From: Octopus vulgaris
Lineage: Eukaryota
Length of the DNA: 64,000 nt
Direction of reading: 5' to 3'
Assembly: GCA_951406725.2 (NCBI GenBank)
Contig: OX597815.1
Location: forward strand, 181,164,001-181,228,000
Position 1 is the stretch's first letter. Every line of letters starts with the position of its first letter. The position numbers were made by a program, and so were the translations under genes. Below are positions 1 through 14,373 of the stretch, piece by piece. The notes under the pieces are model-generated. The model was not told the origin of the DNA. It made no database searches and worked only from the letters and a program-made list of their open reading frames with translations.

Positions 1-1789
1 TGCATTGCGATCATCAGAGGTATGGGGAAAAGGGAAAACAGTGGCTGTGGTGAAGTTGAAAACAGAAAACAAAATTTTTAAAGATAAGTGGATTAAGAAG
101 AGAAATAGATGGGTGGGAGACTGAGGGAGAGGGGTGGGGAGAGATATAAAAAGTCGGCAGTCATCTGCGATCAAAAAAGGCATTCAAACAACAGAATATA
201 TAGAAGGGAAGAGTGAGTTAGAGATAAAGAAATATCCTGAGAGAGTAGAGGCAGAAAGAAATATAGAGCTTTACAATGGATATGGTGCGTGCGGTAGGGT
301 TGGGCGAAATAGAGAAACATTGTAGTCAGAGACACTGGGAATGAGTGAACGTCACAAACCCGCACACGCACGCACACACATACGTATCTATGTAAATATA
401 TACAGAAGTATACAAAAGAGTAATATCTGTAAAATTCGAACGCTAAACCTGCTGCGTGTATTTCTATCAAACTCTCTCTCTCTTTCTTCCCCTCTCTCTC
501 AACACCGGTTGTCTAGCGGTAGTGGGTGACAGACACAAGTATACACACGCAGTGAGACTGAACCCGGAACCATGTGGTTGAGAAGCAAACTTACCACACA
601 GCCACGCCTGTATCTAAATTGCTGGCAATAGCTCCCACACATTCTTGTTTCACTTATAAGCAATTCTCCCAATGGAGAAACGGGAAAGTTGTCTTATTTA
701 GTTTTCACCTACTTTTACTTAATGTGAATAGGCTAGTTGTTGTTTTTTTTTAAACAAGTGCTGAATACAATGTTTTTACCCAATAAATGTACAGCTGCCC
801 AAAAGTTGCATTTAAATGTGGCATATAAATAAATCTTTAATCAAAAACAATATAATGATTCATGAATGCTGTCAAATTAGCCACAGCCTATGAATTTGTA
901 GAATAGAAAAGAAATTGAATTGAATAATTAATTTAAAAGTTATTAAAGCAAGCGGAAAAGCGTGTAGTTTAAATCGGTACAGAATTTTATCAACTTACGA
1001 AGCATACCATAGTACGATTCCATCAAGTTCCTGACAATACAAAGTGTAAATATAACGAATTAAAGATTATGAACAAAAGAATAGACAATGGCGAGGTTGG
1101 GGAGTAACTAATTGTCCCGCGAAGACCCATACTTCATGAGAAGAAAAAGGGACGAAAGCGGAGGGTTGAGAATGTAAAAAAGAACTGTCCTTTTTAGTTT
1201 TTTTCTTTGTTTCAAAATCGTAATTTTTGTTGTATCAAAATACAGAAATACTAAAAAAGTGAAGGTTAAAAAAAACAAAAAAAAAAAAAACAATTTTCAG
1301 AAAATATGTGACTTCGAAGTAGAGCTTTTCCAAAACTCTGGCCATTAACCTAAATAAATCATGTTATTCTTGTATTTAGATTTACAAAAGTTTCATTAGC
1401 AAAAGTTTCATTTCGCTTAATTTCTTTTCCTCGTTTCCGTCATAGAACAGCGGCCATGCAGGAGCACCGACTTGAAGTATTTCGCAGAACAAATCGCTCC
1501 TAGTAATTGTTTTTAATGTCTGGGACTTATTCTATCTGACGCTTTCGCCGAAAAGGCAAAGTTACGTGGACGGATGGGGGAGACAAACACAAACGCAAAA
1601 CAACTCCCCCCCAGACACACACATGCACATACGTATATACATATACGATCACAGTTTCTGTTTAACAAAACCACTCACAAAGCATTGGCCAGCTCGCGTC
1701 TGTTGTAGAAAACACTTGTCCAAGATGTCGCTCATTGGGAATAATCTCAATACGACGTGATTTACCAAACGTGCTTTTTAACCATATAT

Positions 1790-2020
1790 ATTTCTTTACT
1801 ACCCACAAGGGGCTAAACACAGAGGAGACAAACAAGGACAGACAAACGGATTAAGTCGATTACATCGACCCCAGTGCGTAACTGGTACTTAATTTATCGA
1901 CCCCGGAAGGATGAAAGGCAAAGTCGACCTCGGCGATATTTGAACTCGGAACGTAACGGCAGACGAAATACGGCAACGCATTTCGCCCGGCGTGCTAACG
2001 TTTCTGCCAGCTCGCCGCCT
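1790..2020 (-). mobile_element. tRNA-derived SINE family B (Meta-domain-like)
   Basis: Head ggcggcgagctggcagaaacgttag, B-box gagttcaaattcc, core gactttgcctttcatcctttcggggtcgataaa..agtacc. Other copies near 3308-3510, 18600-18790, 25125-25360, 38475-38683, 39037-39270, 49630-50870, 51148-51360, 55028-55300, 63970-64000. Confidence 0.85.
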
Positions 2021-2344
2021 TTTTAACCATGCCTCTAGCTATGCTATGCTTACAAGATCATTTTGTACCGACAAAATTGCTAAAGAATTCGATGTCGTTT
2101 TTGTGTCATGACCGGACCCAAAATTGGGGAACGTTTTAAAATAAACACACGTGTGACAAATTTTAAAGGAAATGGAAGGGTTGGGCATCAGAAGATTTTT
2201 GTGTTAATTTTTAATTAGACATCTACAGTTTCTTGAAACCACATTTGTTCTTGGAGTGGCAACGAACGGGTAATGAATGTGTAATGAATATGTAAAACAG
2301 AAAATTAATAGGGTTCCATAATTTACAAAAGACGTATCTATGTA

Positions 2345-2515
2345 GGCTCAGGAGTGGCTGTGTGGTAAGTAGCTTGCTTACCAACCACATGGTTCCGGGT
2401 TCATTCTCACTACGTGCCACATTGGGCAAGTGTCTTCTACTATGGCCTCAGGCCGATCAAAACCTTGTGAGTGGATTTGGTAGACGGAAACTGAAAGAAG
2501 CCCGTCGTATATATG

Positions 2516-2578
<63 letters not shown>

Positions 2579-2800
2579 TTGTGTGTCTGTGTTTGTCCCC
2601 CTAACATCGCTTGACAACCGATGGTGGTGTGTTTACGTCCCCGTAACATAGCGGTTTGGCAAAAGAAACCGATAGAATAAGTACTAGGTTTCCAAAGAAT
2701 AAGTCCTGGGGTCGATATACTCGACTAAAGGCGGTGCTCCAGCATGGCCACACTCAAATGACTGAAACAAGTAAAAGAGTAAAAGAGAAAGAGTAAAGAG
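2345..2800 (+). mobile_element. tRNA-derived SINE family A (CORE-like), full copy
   Basis: A/B-box-like head (tggctgtgtggt..ggttcattc), ttgggcaagtgtctt core, internal (TA)(TG)n, gagtaaaa tail. Other copies near 4130-4735, 15148-15510, 16580-16790, 19607-20530, 21830-22025, 25830-26205, 29120-29520, 30453-30615, 43890-44110, 49258-49415. Confidence 0.88.
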
Positions 2801-3506
2801 TATATCTACATGACACATATTGGGTTGACTCCCCACTCCACCGCTTCTTGGGGACCTTCCCTTCTACGACGTTTGTCATTTTTTTAATACAACTTTTCAA
2901 ACAACCAGACAAAAAGCGCAGGCGTGGCTGTATCGTAAGAAGTTTCCGTGGTTAGTCGCACATAGCTGTGTGGTTCGTACCCCTGTGTGACACCTGCTAT
3001 AGCGTAGGAATGTCTTCTACTAAACCCTCACTCTAATTAAAGCCTTGTGACTGAATTAGGTGGACGGAAACTGAAAGGAATCCGCCGTGATTATACATAT
3101 CATTTTATTCTTCTATCTATTTTACTTGTTTTAGTCATTCGACTGCGGCCATGCTGGAGCACCGCCTTTAGTCGAACATATCGACCCAAGGACTTATTCT
3201 TTGCAAGCCTAGTGCTTATTCTATCGGTCTTTTGCCGAACCACTTAGTTACGGGGATGTAAACACACCAACATCTGTTGTCAAGCGACAGTCGGGGAACA
3301 AACACAGATGGCAGAAACGTTAGCGCGCCGGGCGAAATGCTTAGCGGTGTTTCGTCTGCTGTTACGTTCTGAGTTCAAATTCCGCCGAGGTCGGCTTTGC
3401 CTTTCATCCTTTCGGGGTTGATTAAATAAGTATCAGCTACGTACTAGGGTCGATGTAATCGACTTAAGTCCTTGTTTTGTCCCCTCTGTGTTTAGCCCCC
3501 TAAGGG

Positions 3507-3539
<33 letters not shown>

Positions 3540-3540
<1 letters not shown>

Positions 3541-3970
3541 TAGCAGCATAGCCCAGCGTTGCCCGGGTATGTAAGAGCCCCTACTAGGCAACGACTAATC
3601 CCAATCTAGTCCTTTCCTCTAGGGAACGAAGGCGCATGTGTAGGTTGCAATGTCTTCCCTTCACTCGAATACTTCTGTGTATACGATGTTCCTAGCAGTC
3701 CCTTTGGGCGATAAAAAGGTCGAGTTGTGCCCCCTAGACAGAAAATGTGTTGCATATAAAAAGTTTAGATTCTCGACCCCATGTCGAATTTATCGACTTT
3801 TTTCAGAACTGGAGGAACTTTTCAAAATTTTCGCTGCGTTAGTTTTGAATTATGACATTGGGCTATGTGTGTGTCAAGTTTCATCAGAATCGGTTGAAAG
3901 CCGTGGTCAGGGTGAGGGTACAACCTGACAGACACACAGACAGACAAACTGCCGTTTATATATAGAGAGA
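3540..3970 (-). mobile_element. Non-autonomous Helitron
   Basis: Minus strand begins TC, ends with hairpin cccgggcaacgctggg then CTAG; inserted between A and T. Confidence 0.85.
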
Positions 3971-4749
3971 TATACATGACGTGTTTCTTTCAGTTTCCGT
4001 CTACCAAATCCACTAACAAGGGTTTGGTCGGCCCTAGGCTATAGTAGAAGTCACTTGCCCAAGGGAGGAACCCGGAACCATGTCATTGGTGAACAAGCTA
4101 CTTGCGACACAGCCATATTTATCTTTTATTTGTTTCAGTCACTAAACTGCAGCCATGCTGGGGCATCGTCTTCAATGTTTAGTCGAATGAATCGACCCCA
4201 GTAATTATTTTTAAGCCGGGTACTTTTGCCGAACTGCTAAGTTATAGTGACGTAAACACACCAACACCGGTTATCAAACGGTACTAGGGACAGACAGACA
4301 GATACACATGCGACGGGCTCCTTTCAGTTTCCATTTACTAAATCCACTTACAAGGCTTTCGTCGGTTTGAGGCTATAGTAAAAGACACTTACCCAAGGTG
4401 CCACGCAGTGGGACTGAACCTGGCAAGTGTCTCCTGCTATAGCCTCGGGCCGACCAAAGCCTTGTGAGAAGATCTGGTAGACTGAAACTAAAACGGAAAG
4501 AAGCTCGTCGTATGTGTGTGTGTGTGTGTGTGTGTTTGCCCCCCCCCCCCACACACACACACATCGCTTGACATGCGTTTACGACCCCGTAACATAGCGG
4601 TTCGACAAAAAGAGACCGATAGAATAAGTACTAGGTTTACAAAGCATAAGTTCTGGGATCGATTTGTTCGACTAAAAGGTGGTGCTCCAGCATGGCTGCA
4701 GTCAAATGACTGAAACAAGTAAAAGAAAAGAATAAAAAAGAATATATAT

Positions 4750-5062
<313 letters not shown>

Positions 5063-5433
5063 TATATATTATATATATATATATATGTAAACTGGGACAA
5101 GAACGTGAAACATTTAGAAGACGACACAAAAAACACGGACGGGACATTCGAAGCCCCGAATCTTCAGTCAAGAACCGGATCATCTTCGCAATTTCGGCTG
5201 ATTAATCTTGAGATTGCTCTGATCTGGGCAGCCCCCAAAGGAAATCTAAGCCAAGCGCATTAGATTCCTTGGAAGAAAGCCTCGAATGTATACAAAACAA
5301 GGACGGAAAAACGAACGATGTTACACGAATAAAAATACAAAAATACGTAAAAACAATAATGATAGCACGAATAAGAATACAAAGTACGTAAAAACAATAA
5401 TGGTAATAATAACAACAAAACCAGGACGTCAGG

Positions 5434-5486
<53 letters not shown>

Positions 5487-5726
5487 ACGAGTTCCTTTCA
5501 GTTTCCATCTACCAAGTCCTATATATTTATAATGTATGTAGTTAGGTAAATATGTATGTATTGCCTGATTTTGGCTTCAGCATTTATCTCATTACTGGAG
5601 TCTGAGCGGCGCCATCCTGACACACGGCGTGTTTTGGGGGTTTTTTTTTTCACTCTTAGCGGATCTCGTTCCCGCACTGGATCGGACCACAGTTGATATC
5701 TTCACGAAAGAGAGAATGACACATGA

Positions 5727-5771
<45 letters not shown>

Positions 5772-6352
5772 AGAGTGGGGTGAATCGACTCCAGTAAAAA
5801 GACTGGTGCTTTGCGTATCTTAACCAAAACGATGAAAAGCAAACCAGAACACGGTATATTCTACAAATTGGCTGGTTGAACGCACGCACACACACACACA
5901 CACATACACACGCACACACACACACAAACACTCACACGCACACACAGATATAATTACAGCTTGCTGCGAAATACACCCACCCACCCGACTTACTGAAATG
6001 TTTTCTCTTTTCATGGAATTTCGCAGAAGCGTTATCCAAATCGTTAGGGGTAGAGATTCCAGTAGAATAACCGTCCGACTTATGAGAGCAAGAAAATAAG
6101 AGACCGATAGAATTGATAAAAGGCTTTAAAAAAAAGTCCAGGGCTCCTATTTGTTCGACTGAACCTATGGTTCTCAGCCGGAATCCATATGACCCCTGGG
6201 GGGGGGGTCCATATAAGGATGAGGAAGATGTCAGGTGGTTGGAGATGTGCAAAAAATAATAGTCAAATTTTCCTTAAATCACACCTTTTCGTCTGAAAAT
6301 TATTTTAAAACAGAAACAAAAGAGAGATCCGGAATGTCCGTATTTTAAGACT

Positions 6353-6575
6353 AAACCCTTTCGATACCAACCCGGCTGAAACCGGCTCTGGCTCTGAGTA
6401 CAAATGTCTTATTTTCAAAAGTTCTGAATTAAAATCTTCTACCAAACCTTAGTCACAATTTATGCTCCTAACACTAGCTTAATGATAACTGAGTTATTTT
6501 ACTAAATTCTTTGTTATATTTAAAGTAATTGAAAGAAACACAGAGCATCTCAAAATAAATACAGTAACGAACGAT
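6353..6575. mobile_element. Possible piggyBac-type MITE
   Basis: Starts taaaccctttcgatac; degenerate right end gtaacgaa. Confidence 0.4.
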
Positions 6576-6748
6576 AAGGTGTGGAAATTTTAGGATTTAT
6601 GGGAATGGGGCTAGAAAATTAAAAACAAAAAATTTTTGTGCGTAATCGAATAAATTAACGTGTGTAAAAGACAAACTCGCAAAACTTTTCTGAAAATTCT
6701 CAAAATAGAAAGAAGTTACCAATGAGTTATATCAGGTACTCAAACGCG

Positions 6749-6781
<33 letters not shown>

Positions 6782-6784
6782 GCA

Positions 6785-6833
<49 letters not shown>

Positions 6834-7407
6834 TTCCAGGAGCTTTCTTGCATCTTTTAAATTCTGAAATACTTTTGAGTCACAGGTTTAAAAGTATTTA
6901 TATATAATTGTTTGAAGTAAATAAATAGATATAATATAATGTCTAAAAGTAGGTGTATACTATTTCTGGATCCCCTCCATTTTCTTCTTGCCGTATATAT
7001 ATATATATATATATATTTACTTTGTGTTTTATTTACTTTGTCCCAAAAAAATTATTCACTTTGTGTAAAATTTATTTATTTATTTTGTGTTTTTCTGTGA
7101 CCAGTCGATCCCACAACGACTACCTAGCAAAGTAAATAAAACACAAAATGAAAAATTGTTTTACACAAAGTAAATAATTTTTTTTAAACAAAGTAAAAAA
7201 ACCCCACAAAAAATACAAAGTAAATAAAACAAAAACACAAAGTAAGGATCGACAAGTCACGACTAGCTAGCGCGGATGCACCAGTACGCGAACCGGGAAC
7301 TCTCTTCTTAAATAGTACCATATATATATATACTAAATAATTAGGGTTCTGCAAAGATTTGCTTTACCACATACCGAAGTTTAGAAATAGCAGCCAAAAA
7401 ACGTTAG

Positions 7408-7451
<44 letters not shown>

Positions 7452-7506
7452 TATTTTTTAATTTTTTTTTTTACTTGTTTCAGTCATTAGACTGTGGTCA
7501 TGCTGG

Positions 7507-7567
<61 letters not shown>

Positions 7568-7703
7568 CTTCACATATAAATACAAATACACACTATATCG
7601 CATATGATTTTGCAAAAAAGAAAGAAAATTTGCAATTTTCAGAAATACCAAAACATAAAAAATAAAAACTTTGTTCAAATGTTGGACTTCGATCGGAATT
7701 CTG

Positions 7704-8031
<328 letters not shown>

Positions 8032-8442
8032 ATATCATATATGCTCTCACTTGAGCGCGCGCGCGCGTGTATGTGTTGTTGTTGTTGGTGTTGTTTATTT
8101 GTGTTTTAGGAGTAAAAAAAAAGCACGCAGAACTATAAACAGAAGCAACTTCCGACTTTAAGAAATATGACGACTGAATTAAGTCGAATGTGCGATATCT
8201 ACACCGGCGTTCTTACATTACTCACCTTATTGTCAAATATGTACAGGCGTAGTCGGTGAAAAGTAAGCATACAAATGAAATTGTAAGTAAGACATTCCTG
8301 CTCTGCGTACGTCCATACATGCGTGTGCATGTACCACACACACACACATGTATATGTACGTATGTATATTTATACACATCTATAAATGTGTATTTATTTA
8401 TACGCATATATGCATATACATATACATACATACACACAAATG

Positions 8443-8493
<51 letters not shown>

Positions 8494-8804
8494 GTATGTA
8501 TGTATATATATGCATATATTTATGTATGCATGTGGGTATGTATAACTGGTATAATATATTAAACTAGATATGGCCTGGGCCAACTTCGGCCATATTATTT
8601 ATAAATACACCTATATTATTTATAAATATGTATATGCATACACGCACACACATATACATATATACGTGTATATATACACATATATATATATATATGATCT
8701 TTACTTCTGCCATATAGGCGTATATATACACACATACACATACATAGGTAAAAAGAATTATTAAATCCATTCCAATTCATATTATATATATCTTACCGTT
8801 TTAT

Positions 8805-8863
<59 letters not shown>

Positions 8864-8966
8864 TTGTGTGTTTGTGTGTGTGTACACATATATATGTTCG
8901 TCTGATTCAGGGAAATAACCTGACCATAATAAGTATTTATAGCATTTTGATGTTGTATTGCCTTAC

Positions 8967-9400
8967 CTTGATGTGTTTAGTAATTATCCTTCTGCAAAAA
9001 GTCAAAGAAAGGTTGAATGTTCTGTGTTGATCTAGATAATAGCAAATGACAAGGTTGTGGATGTTCAACGACCACGAGGTACCGTGGTAATTCTAACGGT
9101 CTGTGATCGGTTTCAAGCATCGAGAAACAGAGAACTGTCGTCTCATGTCGATAATTTTTTTTATAAAACAAAGAGATGTAGATTTGGTAGTTAAAAAAAA
9201 AGAGGAAATTGAGGATTGAAATATATTATTTTTGCACTAAATTCCGTTTCTTTACAGCGAAAACTATTCTCTTTGGTAGTTGTGTTCCAACTGGCAAGTG
9301 AAAGCAAAAACCAGGGCAACAGGCAAGGGAGTGTAAAAAAAATAACTTGATGCCATACTGCTGTCTTGTAGTTTCTACATTCCCGCTTCCTCTCGCCTCC
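8967..9400 (-). other. Possible non-coding host exon
   Basis: Non-repetitive island ending in CAAG|GTAAGG donor at 8967/8966; no coding homology recognised. Confidence 0.25.
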
Positions 9401-9887
9401 CTCTGCTATCGTGCTTCATTCCTCTCAGTCATTCTCTCTCTATTTTTCGTGAAATATTGGATGAAAGATGCGAATATTATCTTATCAGCTACAGTATAGA
9501 AAATATATGGAAGCAGGTACGAGTTAAAATGAAAATTTCATCAAGTTGTTGATATGATTCCATCTCCGTACGACTAACGTTTATACTTGTGTACGAACTG
9601 AATTTATTACTTCTGCTCAAAGCGGCACTCAGACTTGATTATGACGGTTCTCTTTCAACTAGAATGTAGGAACATCAGACTCCATCCCCCATCCCTTCAT
9701 CCGTACATATTAGAATTCTAGCACGAACTAGGCCGGTGATGGAGGTTATAAGAGTACTTGATGTCAACTTGCTCGAACACTCAAAGACACAGAAATGCAG
9801 ACATACATACACATTTACAAATGTGTGTGTGTGTGTGTGTGTGTATACATATACATATATATACATATAAAATGACCATCCCAAAAT

Positions 9888-9924
<37 letters not shown>

Positions 9925-9926
<2 letters not shown>

Positions 9927-10222
9927 TCATCATCGTTTAACGTCCGTTTTCCATGCTAGCATGGGTTGGACGGTTCAACTGGGGTGTGGGAAGCCAGAGG
10001 GCTGCGCGAGGCCCAGTCTGATCTGGTAGTGTTTCTACAGCTGGATGCCCTTCCTAACGTCAACCACTCCGTGAGTGTAGTGGGTGCTTTTTACGTGCCA
10101 CCTGCACAGGTGCCAGACGAGGCTGGCAAACGGCCACGATCGGATGGTGCTTTTTACGTGCCACCGGCACGGGGGCTAGACGAGGCTGGCAACGGCCACA
10201 ATCGGATGGTGCTTTTTACGTG
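9925..10222 (-). mobile_element. Retroposon 3' end with (GAT)n tail (RTE-like)
   Basis: catcatcatcgtttaacgtcc..ggatgcccttcctaacg; internal ~63-bp tandem units. Confidence 0.6.
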
Positions 10223-10371
10223 ATATATATATAAATATAACATAAGGGGCATTTATGTTATATAAATATAACATAAGGGGCCCTGTCCCTAGCCACATTC
10301 AGATGGCTGATGCCCCTTATGTTATAGAGCAGTTACTGTTTATATCTCGTTTAGAGATTTATTATTGTTAT

Positions 10372-11362
10372 ATAGATTCCTTCCTCTCTTTCGTCCAATC
10401 TTTCCATCCAGCCCTCCACTTCACTTCCACTATCTCCAACACCTCTGTCTCCTTCCTCGACATTTCGGTTAGCATTCTTCACTCCACTCTTACCACCTCC
10501 ATTCACTACAAACACACAGACTCACACTCATACCTCAACTTCTCTTCCTCCCACCCAGAACACACCAAGCTTTCCATCCCCTATTCCCAATTCCTCCGTC
10601 TACGTAGGCTCTGTAGTGACGACCATGACTTTGAGACTCAGTCTCAACGTATGGCTCACCACTTCACCCTACGTGGATACCCCCTCACCACTATCCACAC
10701 CGCCCTTGCCAGAGCACGGTCCGTGGACCGTGTATCTGCTCTCTCTCCCCGAACCCGCCCTGTAGTCTCCCGCCTCCCTTTTCCCTCACTTACCACCCCA
10801 CGACCCTACGTCTCCAACGCACCATTCTTCGAGCTTTCCGTCATCTCCAGTCCGACCCGTCCACTTCACACCTCTTCCCTAACCGACCCCTCCCCTCTTT
10901 CAAACGAGCCCACAACCTTCGAGACCTTTTGGTCCATAGCTCCTTCCCTGACCCTACCTCCCAACCCGACTCGTTCCCCTGCTCCCGCCCACGTTGCCGC
11001 ACTTGCCCTTACCTCTCCAACACCACCCGCCTCACTAGCACCCACCATCGACCCTATCCCATCATCCACTCCTTCACCTGCACCTCCAGCAATATTATCT
11101 ATTGCATCTCTTGCTCTCTCTGCAAATCCTTGTACATCGGACAAACGGGACGCCGCTTGGCTGACCGGTTCGCGGAACACCTTCGTGACATCCACCTTGC
11201 GAACGACACACCGGTCTCACGCCATTTCCGCTCCATCGGCCACTCCTTGCAACACCTATCTGTGTTCGGTTTGTCCTTACACAGAGGCCATCCGGATTCT
11301 CGTTTGCGCCGTGAACAGGAATTAATCTTCTCTCTTCGCTCTTATACGCCATTTGGTCTCAA
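10372..11362 (+). pseudogene. PLE A RT-C/GIY-YIG coding region, frameshifted
   Basis: ORF 10255..11325 has RT motifs up to ~10785; the frame then shifts to that of ORF 10929..11711 (LTYHPTT..FKRAHNLRDLLVHS..CSRPRCRTC..YIGQT). Confidence 0.88.
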
Positions 11363-12194
11363 CTCTCCCCCCTCCTCATCTAACCCCCTCTCCCCCTCCT
11401 CACCTATCCTTTCTCCCCCCGACCCCTACTTCTTCAGTCCTTCATCCTTTCACCCCTACTCCCCTTCCCTTCTTCCCTCTTTCTCCCTCCCTCTTCCCCT
11501 TCCCTCTGCTCCCTCACTCCCTCTCTCCCCTTCTCCCTCTTTCCTCCTTCATCCCCCTCCTCCCCTTCCTTCTCCCCCATCCTCTCCTCTTCCCCCTTCT
11601 CCCCCTCTTCTTCCCCTCGCCTTCTCTCCCCCCTCTTCTCCCCATCCCCCTCTTCTCCTCACTACACCACATGACTTTAGACATCACATCACATATGATG
11701 TGCCATACTAATACACACACCAACTAATACATACTAATACGTACTAATACATACTAGTACATACTAATACTTACACCAACCCTATACATACACACGTCCA
11801 GACCCCGCATACGCACTTATACTCTCTCACACACACACACACACACCTATACATACCAATACGTACTAATACATACTAATACATACTAATACATACACCA
11901 ACCCCATACATACGCACGTCCAGACCAATCCTACGCACTAATACTCTCTCATACACACACACACACACACCCTTATACATACTAATACATACACCAACCC
12001 TATACATACACACATCCAGACCCCTCCCACGCACTTTTAGCTGGTCCCTCAACCCTATTATCTCCCCTTATTTCGCTCTCGCGTCTCATGTTTGATCTTT
12101 GACCTCTGGCCGAAATCAGATCGCCATGTTGATTCGTTAGCTACTGCACGCATTTTTTTCTCTCCTTCTTTCTGTGTTTGTCTCTCTCTGTGTA

Positions 12195-12232
12195 TCTTTC
12201 TGTTGAAGAGCGTAGGCTCGAAACGTTAAAGA
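12195..12232 (+). ncRNA. Minimal type-I hammerhead-like motif (A6U variant) in PLE A 3' end
   Basis: TCTTT-CTGTTGA-A-GAGC gtag GCTC-GAAAC-GTT^AAAGA: stems I and II pair; palindromic stem III AACGTT. Confidence 0.7.
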
Positions 12233-12329
12233 CTTGTTTTATTTATATTTCCTGAGCGCCATACTAATACAATTGTTCGTTTGTTTTCCACCTGCCTTCG
12301 TCTTTTGTTTATTTTCATAAAGCTTCCCG

Positions 12330-12401
<72 letters not shown>

Positions 12402-12876
12402 AAAAAATGAAGTTCGAAAATGCTGCTGTATTATACAATTTTTAATTTTTATATATACATTATAACATGTTTCAGTTCCTGAAATGAACCTTATCAAAAA
12501 AAGTTATATATAAAAAAAGACAGCTCATGCCGTCAAACACAAGAAATTCATTTATAATACACAACGGAGTCAGACATCTTAGAGTTCATGTATAGTTGAA
12601 ATATAGTTCATGTATAGTTGATATATAGTTTGAAGTATATGTTCAAAGTGTTCGATGCAGTGGCCCACGGTGGCGATACGTATTCAATACAAAAAACAGA
12701 TCAAAGTGGTGGAAAGCGGTCAATACAGAAGATTGATGTTTCCGAAAGAGCGAGAAATTCATTTTTAACTTAAGCAATTGTGATGACCCATGGTGGATGT
12801 TCGCTGGGTGGTTCTAGTGGGTTTTGTGAAGTGCTCGGTTTTATAATGCCTGTTAGGTGGTCAATCCAGCGTAGCG

Positions 12877-13212
12877 TGACGTCATCAACGTTTTGACCAA
12901 TCGTTTCGTTAGGTGGCTTTAGTCAAGCAGAACGGGACGTCATCATTATTTTGACCAATCGCTGCATTATAACTGCCTCTTGTTTGTTTCCTGTTTTGAC
13001 CAGTCGCTTCGTTAGTCAAGCAGAACGGGACGTCATCCAGATTCTGCCCAATCACGACTTATAGCTACATTAGATCTGCCCCCTGTCTGTACTTGTTAGG
13101 TGACTAGTCAAGCAGAAAAGGACGTCATCAATATTCTGACTAATGACTGTCCCCTGTTTGTATCCTGTCCATTCTAGCAGAGCTAGACGTCATCAACTTG
13201 TTGACCAATCAG
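12877..13212 (-). promoter_or_regulatory. Array of GACGTCA plus CCAAT composite motifs in the PLE B 3' UTR/pLTR
   Basis: TGACGTCA at 12877-12884; gacgtcatc..(c/t)caatc-type unit recurs five times with conserved spacing (one copy has CTAAT); function inferred. Confidence 0.45.
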
Positions 13213-13302
13213 AATCGGGTCTGACCCTTAGCTGTATCGTATGTATCTGGGTCAGATTTGCACGAAAGAATTTTTTTCCTTTTTTACTAAGGCATATTTC
13301 CG

Positions 13303-14373
13303 TCAGAGCGAGTGTCTGTTTAAAGTAGCGGCCGTGGTGGAATTTTGCTTCTCCTTTTCGGAGGACTTATCTTTTGTTTTAGTGTATTCTTGGCCCAGGG
13401 TGTTTAAACTTGGTCTAAATTTTTTTATGAAATATAGTTCTTTATTTTGGCGTTGTGTGAAGGTTGCGTTGTCACTGAATTTATAGAGCGGGTTAGTTGT
13501 AAATTTCGGATTTACATTTCCAGCACATCTATCTATGTGTCCGCTGACCGGTATTTTGCGGTAATCAGGGTTTCTAATCTGTGATTTATGCACCGCCATC
13601 CTGTTACGTAAGCTATTTTTTGTATGGCCTATATACTGCCTATTGCAGCCTGCGCATGTTATGACGTAAATTAAGTTTTCTGATGCGCAGGTGAAGTTTG
13701 TTCTAATGGTGAACTGGTGGCCTTGTTCCAGTATAAATTCTGATCCTTCTTTCAAGATGACACAGATTCCGCAGTTGGGCCTTCCACATTTTCTAACTGC
13801 TGGTTTTGTGGTTGATGTTGAGTGCAGTGTAGCTTGAGTTAAAATCCTTTTCAAGGATTTTGGTTGCCGTTTACTTTTAATGATGGTGTGTGTTTCGAGG
13901 ATCCGGTTCATCTTTGGGTCTCCCTTTAGTAGGGCTGTGCTTTGTAGTATGGTGCTGAAGGCCTCATTGTTGAGTGGGTTGTGTGTAGAGATGTAGGGAA
14001 GGGTTTTTAATTGTTCTTTCTTTTTTGGTTTTGTTTGTCTCAGGTCTTCTATACTTAATTTAAGTACCCGTTGGATTGCACTGTCTATTAGGGGCTGTGG
14101 ATAGTTTCTATTTGTGAGTGTGGTTCTAAGTTCCTGGAGACGTGTGTGTCGGGTGTTTGTGTCTGATATTATGGTGCAAATCCTTCTAGCTAAACAAAAA
14201 GGGACATTCATTCTAGTGTGTCGTGGGTGGCATGAATCAAAGGGTAGGTACTGTTTAGAGTCTGTCGGTTTATAGTAGATATCTGTCTCTATTTTGTTGC
14301 CGGTTTTCTTAATGAGGATGTCTAAAAATGGTAATTCTTTTTCGTTGTGGTCCATCGTGAATTGTATATTGTC

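Larger units (their letters stand above)
10372..12330 (+). mobile_element. Penelope-like retroelement A (probably Neptune-type), 5'-truncated, with 3' UTR
   Basis: RT thumb region (LHFT..VSFLDISV..HYKHTDSHSYLNFSSSHP..SIPYSQFLRLRRLCS), Cys linker CSRPRCRTC, GIY-YIG domain (NIIYCISCSLCKSLYIGQTGRRLADRFAEH..RREQELIFSLRSYTPFGLN); pyrimidine-rich 3' region; hammerhead-like motif near the end; terminates at (TA)n. Confidence 0.92.

Noticed and set aside
5140-5260. GGCTG..CAGCC-GAAAT on the minus strand (also ~22780-22860)
   Set aside because: Stem II-like pairing but no CUGANGA box
10866-11195. Antisense ORF over PLE A
   Set aside because: Shadow of the C-rich sense strand
11363-11711. Pro/Ser/Leu-rich C-terminal extension of the PLE A ORF
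   Set aside because: Polypyrimidine tract cannot contain stops; no evidence of function
12461-12500. Hammerhead-like motif in the PLE B tail (reverse TTGATAA-GGTTC..GAACT-GAAACATGTT; also ~23461-23500)
   Set aside because: Two core mismatches and no clear stem I; plausible relic but not called
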